Source: the human T2T-CHM13v2.0 reference genome, Homo sapiens. Taken from it: 64,000 nt of DNA. Within the stretch, counting starts at the first letter, position 1. Each line of letters starts with the position of its first letter. This document shows, piece by piece, positions 36,803-49,671 of this stretch. The position numbers were made by a program, and so were the translations under genes. The notes below the pieces were generated by a model, which saw only the letters and a program-made list of their open reading frames with translations, searched no databases and was not told where the DNA came from. The stretch lies in the NCBI RefSeq assembly GCF_009914755.1, contig NC_060937.1; one strand, 5' to 3'.

Positions 36803-39800
36803 GAAGGGCATTACGTAATGGTAAAAGGTGCAATTCAACAAGAAGACCTAATTCTCTCTTAAATATGTAAGCACCCAACACAGGAGCACCCCGATTCATA
36901 AAGCAAGTTCTCAGAGACCTATAAAGACACTTAGATTTCCACATAATAATAGTGGAAGACTTCAACATCCCTCTGACAGTATTAGACAAATCATCGAGGA
37001 AGAAAATTAACCAAGATATTTAGGACTTAAACTCTGTACTTGACCAAATGAACCTAATAGACGTCTGTAGAACTTTCCACCCCACAGCAACCGAATGTAT
37101 ATTTTTCTCATTACCAGATGACACATACTCTAAAATTGACCACACAATTGAACATAAAACAATCCTCAGTAAGTTAAAAAAAACAAATCATACCAACCAT
37201 CCTTTCAGACCATAGCACAATAAAAATAGAAATCAATACAAAAAAAAACCTCTCAAAACCATACAATTACATGGAATTTCAATAAACTGCTCCTTAAGGA
37301 GTTTTGGGTAAATGAAATTAAGGCAGAAATCAAGAAATTCTTTGAAACTAATGAAAACAAAGAAGCAACACACCAGAATCTTTGGGACACAACCAAGGCA
37401 GTGTTATAAGGAAGTTTACAGTGCTAAACATCAACGCCCAAAAGTTAGAAAGATCTCAAATTAACAACCTAGCATCATAACTAGAGGAACTAAAGAACCA
37501 AGAGCAAACCAATCCCAAAGATAGCAGAAGACAAGAAATAACCCAAATGAGAGCTAGCTGAAGTCAATTAAAATGTGAAAACCACACAAAACATCAACAA
37601 AACCAAGAATCTGTTCTTTTGAAAAATTAATCAGATAGACTGCTAGCTAAACTAACAAAGAAAAAAGAGAGAACATCAAAATGAAGACAATCAGGAATGA
37701 CAAAGGGAATGTTACCACTAATCTCAAAGAAATACAAAAAATGCCCTCAGAGACTACTGTGAACACCTCTATGCACACAAACTAGAAAGCCTAGAATAAA
37801 TGGATAAATTACTGGACACATGCAACCTCCCAAGACTGAACCAAGAAGAAATTGAACTTCTGAACAGACCAATTATGAGTTCTGAAATTGAATCAGTAAT
37901 AACAAGCCTACCAAGAAAAAGCCCAGGACCAGACAGATTCACAGCTGAATTTTTACCAGTTATACAAAGAAGAGCTGATACCATTTTTATCAGAACTCTG
38001 CCCCCAAATTGAGCAAAACACATTCCTCCCTAACTCAATCTATGAGGCCAGCATCATTCTGATACCAAAACCTGGCAGAGATACAACAAAAAAAGAAAAC
38101 TTCAGGCCAATATCCTTGATGAACATCAGTGCAAAAACCCTCAACAAAATACTAGCAAACTGAATCCAGCAGCACATCAAAAACCTAATCCACCATCATC
38201 AAGTAGACTTTATCCCTGGGATGCAAGGTTGGTTCAACATACATGAATAAATAAATGTAATTCATCACATAAACACAACTACAAACTAAACCACTGATTA
38301 TGTCAATAGATGCAGAAATGTTTTCAATAAAATTCAACATTTCTTCATGTTAGAAACTTTCAACAAACTAGGTATTGCAGGAACATACTTCAAAATAATA
38401 AGAGCCATCTATGAAAAACCCATGACTAACATCATACTGAATGGGCAAAAGCTGGAAGCATTCCCACAGAAAACCAAAACAAGACAAGGAAGCCCTCTCT
38501 TGCCATTCCTATTCAACATAGTACTGGAAATCCTGGCCAGAGCAATCAGGCAAGAGAAAGAAATGAAAGGCGTTCAAATAGTAACAGAGAAAGTCAAACT
38601 ATTCCTGTTTGCAGACAAGATGATTCTATGCCTAAGAAAACTCATAGTGTCTGCCCAAAAGTTTATTGACCTGATAAACAACTTTAGCAAAATTTCAGGA
38701 TATAAAATTAATGTACAAAAATTAGTAGCATTCCTATATGTCAACAATATCCAAGCTGATAGCCAAATCAATTATGTAATACTATTTACAATAACCACAA
38801 AAAGTATAAGATATCTAGGTATTTCAACCAGAGAGGTGAAAGATCTCTACAAAGAGAACTACAAAACACTGCTGAAAGAAATCAGAGATGACACAAACAA
38901 ATGGAAAAACATTCCATGCTCATGGGGAATAGGAAGAATCAATATTGTTAAAATGGACATACTACCCAAAGCAATTTATAGATTCAGTGCTGTTCTTATC
39001 AAACTACTAATAACATTCATCACAGAATTAGAAAAAAACTGTTTTGAAATTCATATGGAACTAAAAAGAGCCCAAATAGTCAAGGCAGTCCTAAGCAAAA
39101 AGAACAAAGCTGGAGGCATCGCATTACCCAACTTCAAATTTTACTACAAGGCTACAGTTATCAAAACAGCATGGTACTGGTACAAAAATAGACAGATAGA
39201 CTGGTAGAACAGAATAGAGATCCCAGAAATAACATCACACATCTACATCGATCTGATCTTTGACACAGTGGACAAAAACAAGCAATGGGGAAAAGGTTCC
39301 CTATTCAATAAATGGCGCTGGGATATGGCTAGTCATATGCAGAATATTGAAAGTAGATCCCTTCCTTACATCATATACAAAAATCAACTCAAGATGGATT
39401 AAAAACTTAAATGTAAAACCTAAAACTATAAAAATCCCAGAAATAACCTAGGAAAAACTATTATGGACATAGGACCTGGCAAAGATTTCATAAGGAAGAC
39501 ACCAAAAGCAATTGCTGCAAGAACAAAAGTTGACAAATGGGACCTAATTAAATAGCTACTTCACAGCAAAAGAAAAATATTGACAGAGTAAACAAACAGC
39601 CTACAGAATGGGGTAATGTATCTGCAAACTATTCAACTGACAAAGGTTGAATATCCAGAATCTATGAGTATCTTAAATTTATATGCAAAAAACAATCAGG
39701 CCTATTAATAAATGAGCAAAGGTCATGAGCAGACGCTTTTGAAAAGAAGGCATACATGTGGCCAACATGCATACAAAAATGCTCAATATTTTGTTATTAT

Positions 39801-40320
39801 GCTCAACTAGTTATTAGAGACATGCAAATCGAAAACATAATGAAATACCATCTCACACTGGTCAAAATGGCTATTATTAAAAAGTCAAAAAATAACAGAT
39901 GCTAGTGAGATTGCTGAGAAAAGGGAATGCTTATACACTGCTAGTCGAAACTTAAATTAGTATAGCTACTGTGGAAAGCAATGTGGCGATTCCTCAAATA
40001 ACTTGGAATTATCATTTGACTCAGCAATTCCATCACTGGGCATATATCCCAAGGAATATAAATCATTCTGCTACGTGTATGTTTTTTGGAACACTATGCA
40101 CAATAGCAAAAGCAGAAATCAAACTAAATGCTCATCAATAGTAGACTGGATAAAGAAAATCTGGTACATATACACTATGGAATATTATGCAGTCATTAAA
40201 GAGAATGAGATCATGTCTTTTGCAGCAACATGGGTGGAGCTGGAGACCATTATCCTAAGTAAACTAACAGAGGAACAGAAAACCATATACTACATGTTCT
40301 CACTTATAAGTGGGAGCTAA
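36501..40320 (+). pseudogene. L1 ORF2p remnant (endonuclease/RT/cysteine-rich), disrupted
   Basis: Pieces 'GVAILIS' and '[12 protein letters not shown]', a 286-aa RT stretch at 38347-39207 ('[16 protein letters not shown]', FADD changed to FADK), and C-terminus 'WYIYTMEYYAVIK...SLISGS'. Confidence 0.92.
36760..36800. repeat. (CA)20 microsatellite inside the L1 ORF2 endonuclease region
   Basis: Uninterrupted CA run. Confidence 0.95.
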
Positions 40321-40856
40321 ACACTGAGTATGTATGGACACAAAGAAGGGAACAACAGACACTAGGGCCTACTTGAGAGTGGAGGGTGGGAGGAGAGAGA
40401 GGATCAAAAAACTACCCATCAGGCACTATGCTTATTACCTGGATGATGAAATAATCTGTACACTAAACCCCATGACATGCAGTTTACCTATATAACAAAC
40501 TTACACATGTACCCCTGAATGTAAAATAAAAGTTTGAAAAAAATAGAAAATAGAGAGAAAGGTTTGAAGGTAGCAGAAATTAGTTCATAGGGTTAAAGGA
40601 AACTAAACTATCTATATAATATAAACCAACATAAAAATGCAAGGTGAAATTGCAAATGCTGATGTAGACGCTGCAACAAATTATCTAGAAAATCTAGCTA
40701 AGATCATTGATGAAGGTGGCTATGCTAAACCATAGATTTTTAATGTAGACAAACAGCCGTATATTGGAAGAAGATGCCATCTAGGACTTTGGTAGCTAGA
40801 GAGGAGAAATCAATGCCAAGTTTCAAAGGACAGGCTGACTCTCTTGTTAGAGACAA

Positions 40857-41162
40857 ATGCAATCAGTGACTATAAGTGGAAGCCGATGCTCATTGTTTAT
40901 TCTGAAAATCCTAGAACTCTTAAGAATTTTGCTAAACTACTCTGCCTGGAGTAACAAAGCCTGGATGACAGTATATCTGATTATTTTATGGTTTACTGAA
41001 TATTTTAAGCCTGCTATTGAGACCTACTGTTCAGCAAAAAAGATTCCTTTAAAAATATTATTGCTCATTGACAATGCACCTGGTCACCCAAGAGCTCTGA
41101 TGGAGATGTACAAGGAGATTAATGTTGTTTTTCTGCCTGCCAACACAACACTCATTCTGTAA
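40857..41162 (+). pseudogene. Tigger1 transposase DDE-domain remnant
   Basis: 'NKAWMT...WFTEYFKP...[13 protein letters not shown]...[11 protein letters not shown]' is a pogo/Tigger DDE_1 segment. The rest of the ORF is broken. Confidence 0.9.
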
Positions 41163-41960
41163 GCCATGGATCAAGGACTAATTTTGACTTTCAAATCTTA
41201 TTATTTGAGGAACATATTTTGTAAGACTAGCTGTCAGAGATAGTGATTCCTTTGATGGATCTGGGCAAACTAAGTTGAAAACATCTGGAAAGAATTTATC
41301 ATTCTAGATGTTATTAAGAACATCCATGATTCATGGGAGAAGGTCAAAATAATAATGTTAACAGGAATGTGGAGAAAGTTGATTCCAACCTTTATAGATG
41401 ACTTTGAGGGGTTCAAGACTTCAGTGAAGGAAGTAATTGTATGTCTGGGGGAAGTATCAAGAGAATCAGAAGTGGAGCCTGAAGATGTGACTGCATTGCT
41501 GCAATTTTATGGATGATAAAACTTGAATGGATGAGGAGTTGCTTCTTATGGATGATCAAAGAAAATGTTTTTTGGAGATGGAATCTACCCCCTGGTAAAA
41601 ATGTTATGAACACTGTTGAAATGACAATAAAAAATTTAGGCTATTACATAAATTTAGTTGATAAAGCTGTGGAAGGTTTAGAGAAGACTGACTCCAATTT
41701 TGAAAGAAGTTCTACTGTGGGTAAAATGCTATCAAATGCTTGCTACAGAGAAATATTTCATGAAAGGAAGAGTCAATTGATACAGCAAACTTCATTGTTG
41801 TCTTATTTTAGGAAATTGTCATAACCACCACAGCCTTCAGCAACCACTACTTTGATCAGTCAATAGCTATCAAGACTGAGATAAGACACTCCACCAACAA
41901 AAACAGGGTAAGCCACTGAAGGCTCAGATGATCATTAGCAATTTTTAGCAAAAAATATTT

Positions 41961-42487
41961 TTTCCAGTCAACAATATTTATTGAGTAGTGATGCTGTGGG
42001 TGGTCTATATATCCCCTTGGACTTCATCTTTCCTACACATATCAATAGGTTCTTTTTAAAAATTATAAAACAAAATTTAAAAAATATTTTTTGACATAGT
42101 AATTTATTGTTACATAATTATACATATTTATGGGTTTCATGTGATATTTTGGTACATATATACAATGTGTAATGATTGAATCAGGACAATTAGATACCCA
42201 TCACCTTGAACATTGATCATTTCTTTGTGTTGGGAGCATTTCAAATCTTCTAGATATTGTATATTGATATATACAATAAATTATTGTTAACTAAATTATA
42301 GTCACCCTACTGTATTATCAAACACTAGACTTTATTCTTCCATCTGACTGTATGTCTGCATCCATTAACCAACTCTCTTTAGTCCCCTTCTATCTTCCCA
42401 GCCTCTGGTAACCATTATTTTACTCTCTACCTCCATGAAAGCAACATTTTTAGCTCCTACATATGAGTAAGAATAAATGATATTTGT
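41961..42487 (-). mobile_element. 5'-truncated L1MA (MA3-5-like) insertion with ~140 bp of extra 3' sequence
   Basis: L1MA 3'UTR motifs at ~42100-42487 ('catcaccttgaacatt', 'atagtcaccctactg', 'ccagcctctggtaaccatt'). Diverged TSD 'agcaaaaaatat' (41947-41958) / 'accaacaaagtat' (42488-42500). Confidence 0.82.
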
Positions 42488-44049
42488 ACCAACAAAGTAT
42501 TTTTAATTAAGGTATATACATTGTTTAGATATAATGCTATTGCACACTTAATAGACTACAGTATGATGTTAACATAACTTTTGTGTGTACTGGGTCACCA
42601 AAAAATTTGTGGTTTATTTTGATATTTGCTTTATCCTGGTGGTTCAGAATATCTGCAGTATCTCCAAGGTATGCCCATATAGTGTACACCAAAGCACCAA
42701 GACCAGTGTAATATTAACGACTAGCTTTTAATATATATTTTCACCTATAATTCCTATCTCTTGTTATTAACCTAGTTATCTTTAAAGAATACTCATAAAT
42801 ATTGAGTGGTTAGGGTTATCTGATATTTGACTCTAAATGTTTGCTTTGGTTATATAATAGATGTTGTCCTAATAACTTGTGTGGAAATCATATTTTGAAA
42901 ATTCTTATTTTAAGACTTTGAGAGGAGGTTAGTTCTTAAAAAATAATCCTAGTACTTTCAAGTATTAGAATATAGAATATACTTCATTTGGTATTTCAGA
43001 TATAGAATGCTGAATTTGGAGTCCTTGGCTAACCAACTTTATTGAAATAAAATTTAGGGGAAAAATAGAACAGTTCATTGAGTTATATTGGTCAGGAATG
43101 ACTGAAAATAAGTCAACTGCACTTTTCCATATAGTTTATAAAATATGGTTTCATGACTCGTGAGATGAGGTAAGCTTCAGTAAATCCACTGGATTGACTA
43201 CATGTGAGTTTCTAAAAGTTACGGGGTTACAGAAACGGAGCAGGAGATCCCATGAAACAATGATGATAATGTTTATTTGTGGTATAAAAGTATGCCATAG
43301 TCTGATTGAGATGGACCCACAGCGTGATCTTTTTCTTGTGTAACTGAGGTTGTTTCGTGAGGGATAGCCAAGCTTGAGGTCAGAGTCTTGCCAGCCAGAC
43401 CATTTTTTTTCCTGGCTTGGAGAGGCTGCCATACATTCCAGTCCAGAGAGTGAAACATTAGCAACTTTTCACTTGAAGGATTATAAAATTACTGGAAAGA
43501 GAAACTGGACAGTTGCTCTGGCCCTTTTTAGACATTTACCAAGCTAAAGTCCAGTTAAGACTTCCTCAGCAATACGTCCTACTGGATAGGTCAGAAACCA
43601 CTTCCATCTGATTTCAGCTTCAGGCTATGTATTTCTAACTATCTGTGATTTTAATCAATTCCAGCAGCTAACCAGTCGCTTCAGGGAGTGGGGTAGCAGC
43701 ATAGTACACACATAAATACACAAAACAAACACAAATGGTCAAGCTAGTTTCTGATTTATTTGAGTACATATTGACATTCACTTGTGTGCTACTGGGGCCC
43801 ACATGTCTGCTGCTGTGGGCTCTGTTGGTAGGGAATAGATCTCTGGACTTTCTCCCATCCAGATGATTCTGTACCACTCAACCAGAACAACTATCCTAGC
43901 ATTTGTCAAACTTAAGAGACACAAGCTAAGAAATCTTCAATGTTTTCCCACTTCCTAATAAAGTATATATCCAAGTTTGGCACTAAAATTTTTTACAAGG
44001 TAGCTCCTAAATACCTTTTATTTATTTAATAATTTAGTTTTCAAGCATC

Positions 44050-44362
<313 letters not shown>

Positions 44363-45019
44363 TAAGCAGCATATATTGTGTTTGGTGCTGTCTATAGAGT
44401 AATGAGCTAGAGTGATATGTCCTTATGAAACCACCTATTTTCCTGTGGTAAGGCAGGCATTTAACAAATAGACACAAAATGATTAATTATAATGTGAAAA
44501 CAAGAACATGCAAAGAAAACTGAAAAGGCCCTTAGCTCTGGCAATTAAGTCATTGACTTTAGTCTGTAAAGACTGTGGTTTCAGAAGTGGGAGACCAGTT
44601 TTAGGAGTGTAAGGGGTAATCCAGAAAACACACAGACTTTAGAAGAAAAGGAGTATGACTACTGGATGCATCAATGCCTGGCTGATCTATGGCTCCATTC
44701 TGATAATTCATTTGCTTTTGCCTTAGTGTGTGCCTCACAGTCACTCTTTAGTAGTTACATTGGCAGGTGTAACTATTGTGCAAAATGGTCGCAACATGGG
44801 ACAAAAGTAAATCTAAAATCCTGCTGTTCATGATGATGTGGAGTGAGGGCTGGGATCTCCGCAGCAACCTCCAGTTCCTGGAACACTTGATCCTCAGCAC
44901 TTTCCCATGTTTTAATTTGCCTGGTGTCAGAACAACGGATGTATACTTTCTTTATTTAACACATCAAATATTTTTGCTCCTAAGTAAAGATGACTCTTGA
45001 ATTACTCTAATATAACCAA

Positions 45020-45323
45020 TGTTGTAGTCACTTTGGGCTGCTATAACAAAGAATTATAGAACAGACGATTCTAAGAACAGGTCTGGAGGCTGAGCGAGGC
45101 CCTCTTCCTCTTTGCAGACTGCTGATGTCTCATGTCTTCACACGGCGGAAAGAAAAAAAGGCAGCTCTCTTGGGCCTCTCTTATAAGGGCACTAATCTTA
45201 TTCATGAGGGCGCTACTCTTATGATTTAATTACCTCCCAAAGGCCCCACATCCTACTATCATCATCTTGGACATTAGGATTTCAACATATAGATTTTGAG
45301 AGCTACAAACATTTATCCATAAC
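45020..45323 (-). mobile_element. MLT1A0-like LTR with internal deletions
   Basis: 'tttgggctgctataacaaa', 'cttataagggcactaatc', 'tacctcccaaaggcccca' and 'tccataaca'. Confidence 0.85.
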
Positions 45324-45943
45324 AACTGACCAGCTATAAGATGTATCCTTTCATGTGTTTTAATAATATCTTTGAGAATTTTCCTGGCTCCCTAACATAA
45401 TAATCAGTATCATATTTCCAGTTTTGTAACAAAGGAAAGAGCTATGCATCTATAGTGGGGCAGTGGGACCTCATAGTTCCTATTCTTATTCCACTGTGAT
45501 GCATCTCCTGGAGGCTATTAATGCCATCACTGACCTAGTGGACGTGAGTTCCTACTCCTTTAAGGCTCTGACTAACTAGACACTACCAGGTAGTACCAGG
45601 CTGGAACATTGTAATAAGACATTACTAAATGCTTAGTGCAAACACAAGGGAAATAACTAGAAAGCAACATACACCTACAGGAAATGACAAGGCAGATTCT
45701 GTTTATCCTCATTTGTAGTTTGCTAAAGTGATGACCTTCTGTCAGCTAAATCTCCTGATTTCATAGGACAAAGAGTGTCTGTGATCCTTAATGCTGTCAG
45801 TTTATTGAACAAGTTGGTGGCTAGGCACAAGAAGATCTGTTATTTCTCACCACACTTCATTAAGCTCCATAAAATAGCACCTGCATCTTGGCCATGTGAC
45901 ATGATATTTCTGGTTACTCTTAAACAATAAAATGTCTACTTTG

Positions 45944-46238
45944 GGCCAGGCATAGTGGCTCACGCCTGTAATCCCAGCACTTTGGGAAGGTGAGGTGGGC
46001 GGATCACAAGTTCAGGAGTTCAAGACCAGCCTGACCAACATGGTGAAACCCTGTCTCTACTAAAAATACAAAAATTAGCCGGGCATGGTGGCACATGCCT
46101 GTAATCCCAACCACTCAGGAGGCTGAGGCAGGAGAATTGCTTGAACCCAGGAGGCGGAGGTTACAGTGAGCCGAGATTGTGCCACTGCACTCCAGCCTGG
46201 GTGACAGAGCGAGACTCTGTCTCGAAAGAAAAAAAAAA
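45944..46238 (+). mobile_element. AluS (Sg/Sc-like)
   Basis: Full sense dimer. 'ggatcacaagttcagg' shows the 2-nt deletion class. Confidence 0.95.
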
Positions 46239-46978
46239 TTCCGTAATCACATTATCTCGCATTGTGTGCAGTTTCAAATTTATCTCTTCCCCCAGTTCAG
46301 GTATATTTCAGGTTTGGAAGGCTCAGACCCCCTGCAGTAAGGGAGTCACTATAGTCAGTGTCTTTTCTGTCTGTCCATCTTCTTCAGCTCTACTCATTCT
46401 CTATTATTCTGCTGGGCACGTGACTCTTCCAGGTTCAGAGCAGGAGGGGCAGGAGACCTAAGGTGTAGAAAGGTCTTACTAGGTGAGGTGTATCTGGTGT
46501 TGATGTCCTCTGGAAGGTGCTGACTCAAAACGATATTTTGTTGCTGTTTTTAGGGACTCTTGTGATTCTTTTGAGGACTCCCCTTTCAGTTCCTTTGACA
46601 TGGTAGATGCTTCCTGTTGTTAGTTGCTTACAATCTTCCTCCAAGGCCCTTGGATTCCTAGTGATGGATCTGATTATTCCTGCTTGATCCTCTCATACCC
46701 CTAGGCCTTCCTCTTTAGCAGAGGCCCACTCAGGATGACTCAGTCCAGCTTCTCTCTGTGGCGTTCCCATCCAACTCTAGAGAAACTCACACAGCCCCGA
46801 ATGTACAGGACATTCTAACCTAGCTGTCGTTTGTTGCTCTAATGCCCCAGGACAATTGGCTAACACAATGCCTTTCTTTTGTACTCCAGGTGGGAGACCA
46901 AACCAGCCCCCTTATCCCTCAACTTTCAGGGAAAGCCATCATTTTTTATAACAGTCTCTCTTAAAAGCTTGCTGTTTT

Positions 46979-47262
46979 GCAAACTAACACGGGAACAGAA
47001 AATGCAACACCGCATGCTCTCACTTGTAAGTGGGAGTTGAACGATGAGAACGCAGGGACACAGGGAGGGGAACGTCACACACAGGGGCCTGTCAGGGGAT
47101 GGGAGGGCTAGGGGAGGGATAGCATTAGGAGAAATACCTAATGTAGATGACGGGTTGATGGGTGCAGCAAACCACCAAGATAAGTGTATACCTATGTAAC
47201 AAACCTGCACGTTCTGCACATGTATCCCAGAACTTAAAGTATAATTTTTTTAAAAAAGAAAG
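46979..47262 (+). mobile_element. L1PA (PA6-8-like) 3' end fragment
   Basis: 'gggagggatagcattaggagaaatacctaatgtagatgacgggttgatgggtgcagcaaaccacc...aacctgcacgttctgcacatgtatcccagaacttaaagtataa'. Confidence 0.92.
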
Positions 47263-47520
47263 AAATGTGCAGAATAGGCAACTCTATAGAGGTCGAAGGT
47301 AGATTAGTGATTGCTTAGGGATGGTGGGTAGTGGTGGGACAGCAGATTGGTATCTAAGGGCTATGGAGTTTCTTTGTGAAGTGATGAAATGTTTTAAAAA
47401 TAACTGTGGGGGGATGGTTGCACATATATTGAAAAATGTTAAAACTGCTGAATTGTATATTTTAAATTTGTGATTTATATGGCATGTGAGTTTTATCTCA
47501 TGAAGGCATTTTTAAACAAA
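47263..47520 (+). mobile_element. L1MB-type 3' end fragment
   Basis: 'cagaataggcaactctatagag', 'tagattagtgattgcttaggg', 'gatggttgcaca' and 'gaattgtatattttaaa'. Confidence 0.8.
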
Positions 47521-49119
47521 ACAACACTGCTGTAACTTAGACCAAACCAAAGTTTGTGTCAAATCCTGCTGTGTAATATTGGTTAAATTTTATAGTCTAA
47601 AATCTAAGCTTCATTTATGAGGATACTCACTTAATTGCTGAGGTGTGACGACAAAACATATTAGTAAATTTATAGGAACAAAATATTAGACCTATTACTG
47701 AGAAAATACAAAACCTGGAAATATGATTATATCTTTAAAAAGAATCTTATTTAGAATCAAGGGAAGTTATGAAACATATCAAAGAAATTAGTAGCTGCTA
47801 AATACAGAGTTAATACGTTAGACATTCCTTATCAGTGATTACAGAATACTTATATCAAATGAAATTAGATTATATATATTTGAATGGTAAACATCCAAAG
47901 TAGAATAAATTTATCATTTTGTATCCTAGAAAAAAAAGGTTGCTGTTTTTAGAGACGCTTTGCAAGAAAATGAACATGGAAAGCATCTCTGTGGAGCGAA
48001 TTGTTTCATATTCTGCAGTATTTCACCAGTATCCCACATTCCAGATGAATGAAGAAACTAATTCTTCTACTTGTTTGTACACAAATTTCTCAAGATATGA
48101 GCTTTCCATTGGCAAACAACAATTACTCAAACATTGAATAACTACCATGTTGTGACAATATTTTTGGAAAATTTATCCTTTAGTCTTGAAACTTCTGAAA
48201 TCATCTGAAAGTTATCTTTCTATTAATCGATCTACATGCCTCTGAATTCTGAAGAGAGAAAATTATGTATTGTCCCAATGTCCACAAGTATGGATTTAAA
48301 CTGGGAACATTTATGTGGCAATGCATTAATGATTATTTGTGTCTGTGTCTATGTTGCCAATAGATGTTCATTTGTCTGGCTTGGACTTAAAAAGAAAACA
48401 GGCAGATTCCATTGTTATTGTAAGGCTTAGGTTTACCTGTTGCCTTCGTCTTCTCAGTGACCCCAAATACAGTCACCAATGCTCTCCACCTTCAAACTCA
48501 GCTTTAGCTGAATTTCCAAATCAGTCCAACCTTGTAATGGAGCCCGGATCTAGAATTCAGAGTTCCAGGAATGGACCCTGGGCATCTCTTTAGTTCCTTA
48601 GCATTTCTCCTTGTTCCTGCATTATTGTCCTATCTGGGAATAGGTGGCTTATTGCTCATCAGGGGCTTGAAATCCTGCCTAACTTCTGAGCACTGCCTTA
48701 TAGCACTATTGTTGTTGGACCAGAGTCCTTCATAAACTTACTAATTGCTTGGAACCAAGGCCCTCCCTGCTGCCTTCATTAGGGCTTGCCTCCTAAACCT
48801 CTAATACCTTCTAGGCCGGATTAAATTCTACTGATATTAATGATTTGCAAACCATATCTAATGCAAATTTTCCCAAACAGCTATTCTTGAAAACTCCACT
48901 CTCTACTCTCTCCCTTTTTTCCCTGCTCCACATTTCTGAGATTCTAGAACACCTTGTACTTGTGCTCTAGCAATTGAGGGAGGGTCTGTAGAAATGAACA
49001 TTCATAGCATACCTGGAATTTCTAAGAATTTGGCAGATGTGGACAAGAAAATCTCATTGACGAAAGGCAATAAATGGGTGGAAAAAAGTCCTGTTGAATG
49101 AATTATAGGTGTTTGATGA

Positions 49120-49360
49120 TCAGTGTGTATTGGTAGAAAGCAAAGCTTTGCTAATAGATTTGGGTGTGAAGTTCAACACTTCCAATTTCTAAGTTTGTGA
49201 CTTTTGGCAAGTTACTTTGCTACCCTGAGCCCCAATTTCCTCATCTGTCAAAAGAAAGCTTCTAATAGCCAGCTCCTATGACTCATATGAGAATTAAATA
49301 ACACATGCCACAAGCTCTAGGCACTCATTGATCTTGCATGAAGTGTCTAATCCATATTTG
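49120..49360 (+). mobile_element. MIR
   Basis: 'tgtgacttttggcaagttactt...ctgagccccaatttcctcatctgt'. Confidence 0.75.
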
Positions 49361-49671
49361 TCTGGGTGCTAACCTGGAGAGCTGTCTTTAGTGGTATCCT
49401 GTTGACTCAGAATATGTTTAATACATTAATCTTTCTGGTTGGTTGAAGGTTTTTATTATACACTTTGGGTACATAAGCATGAATTGAGTTTATTTCTTCT
49501 AATACTGGCCCCCAACTCTGTTATTCAACCTTTTTTTCCTCCTCTACTGAATAGTAAGTTCCCTAAGAGTGTTTTGGGCAACAGTGCAGACGTATAAAAG
49601 TGAATTACTCATTTGGAAAAAGTCAAATAGTTTGAGTAAGCAAATCAAGAAGATTTTCTGTCAGGAAGAGG

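Larger units (their letters stand above)
33341..40550 (+). mobile_element. Full-length L1PA15/16-type LINE-1 (~7.2 kb), inactive
   Basis: Long GC-rich 5'UTR, ORF1 and ORF2 remnants, 3'UTR 'gaggatcaaaaaactacccatcaggcactatgcttattacctgg', AATAAA at 40525 and an A-tail. Diverged TSD 'agaaaaaagtttgaa' / 'agagaaaggtttgaa' is derived from Tigger1. Confidence 0.93.
32242..42677 (+). mobile_element. Full-length Tigger1 DNA transposon with three nested insertions
   Basis: TA|caggcatacctc at the left end and aggtatgccca|TA at the right end (TIRs with TA TSD). Tigger1 pieces at 32242-32873, 33185-33340, 40554-41960 and 42488-42677 join collinearly. Confidence 0.95.

Noticed and set aside
38347-39207. 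286-aa ORF as a functional reverse transcriptase or host gene
   Set aside because: It is a fragment of L1 ORF2 flanked by frameshifts and stops, and the catalytic FADD is mutated to FADK.
47919-48593. Short ORFs in unique-looking DNA as coding exons
   Set aside because: There is no matched strong acceptor/donor pair and no recognisable domain.
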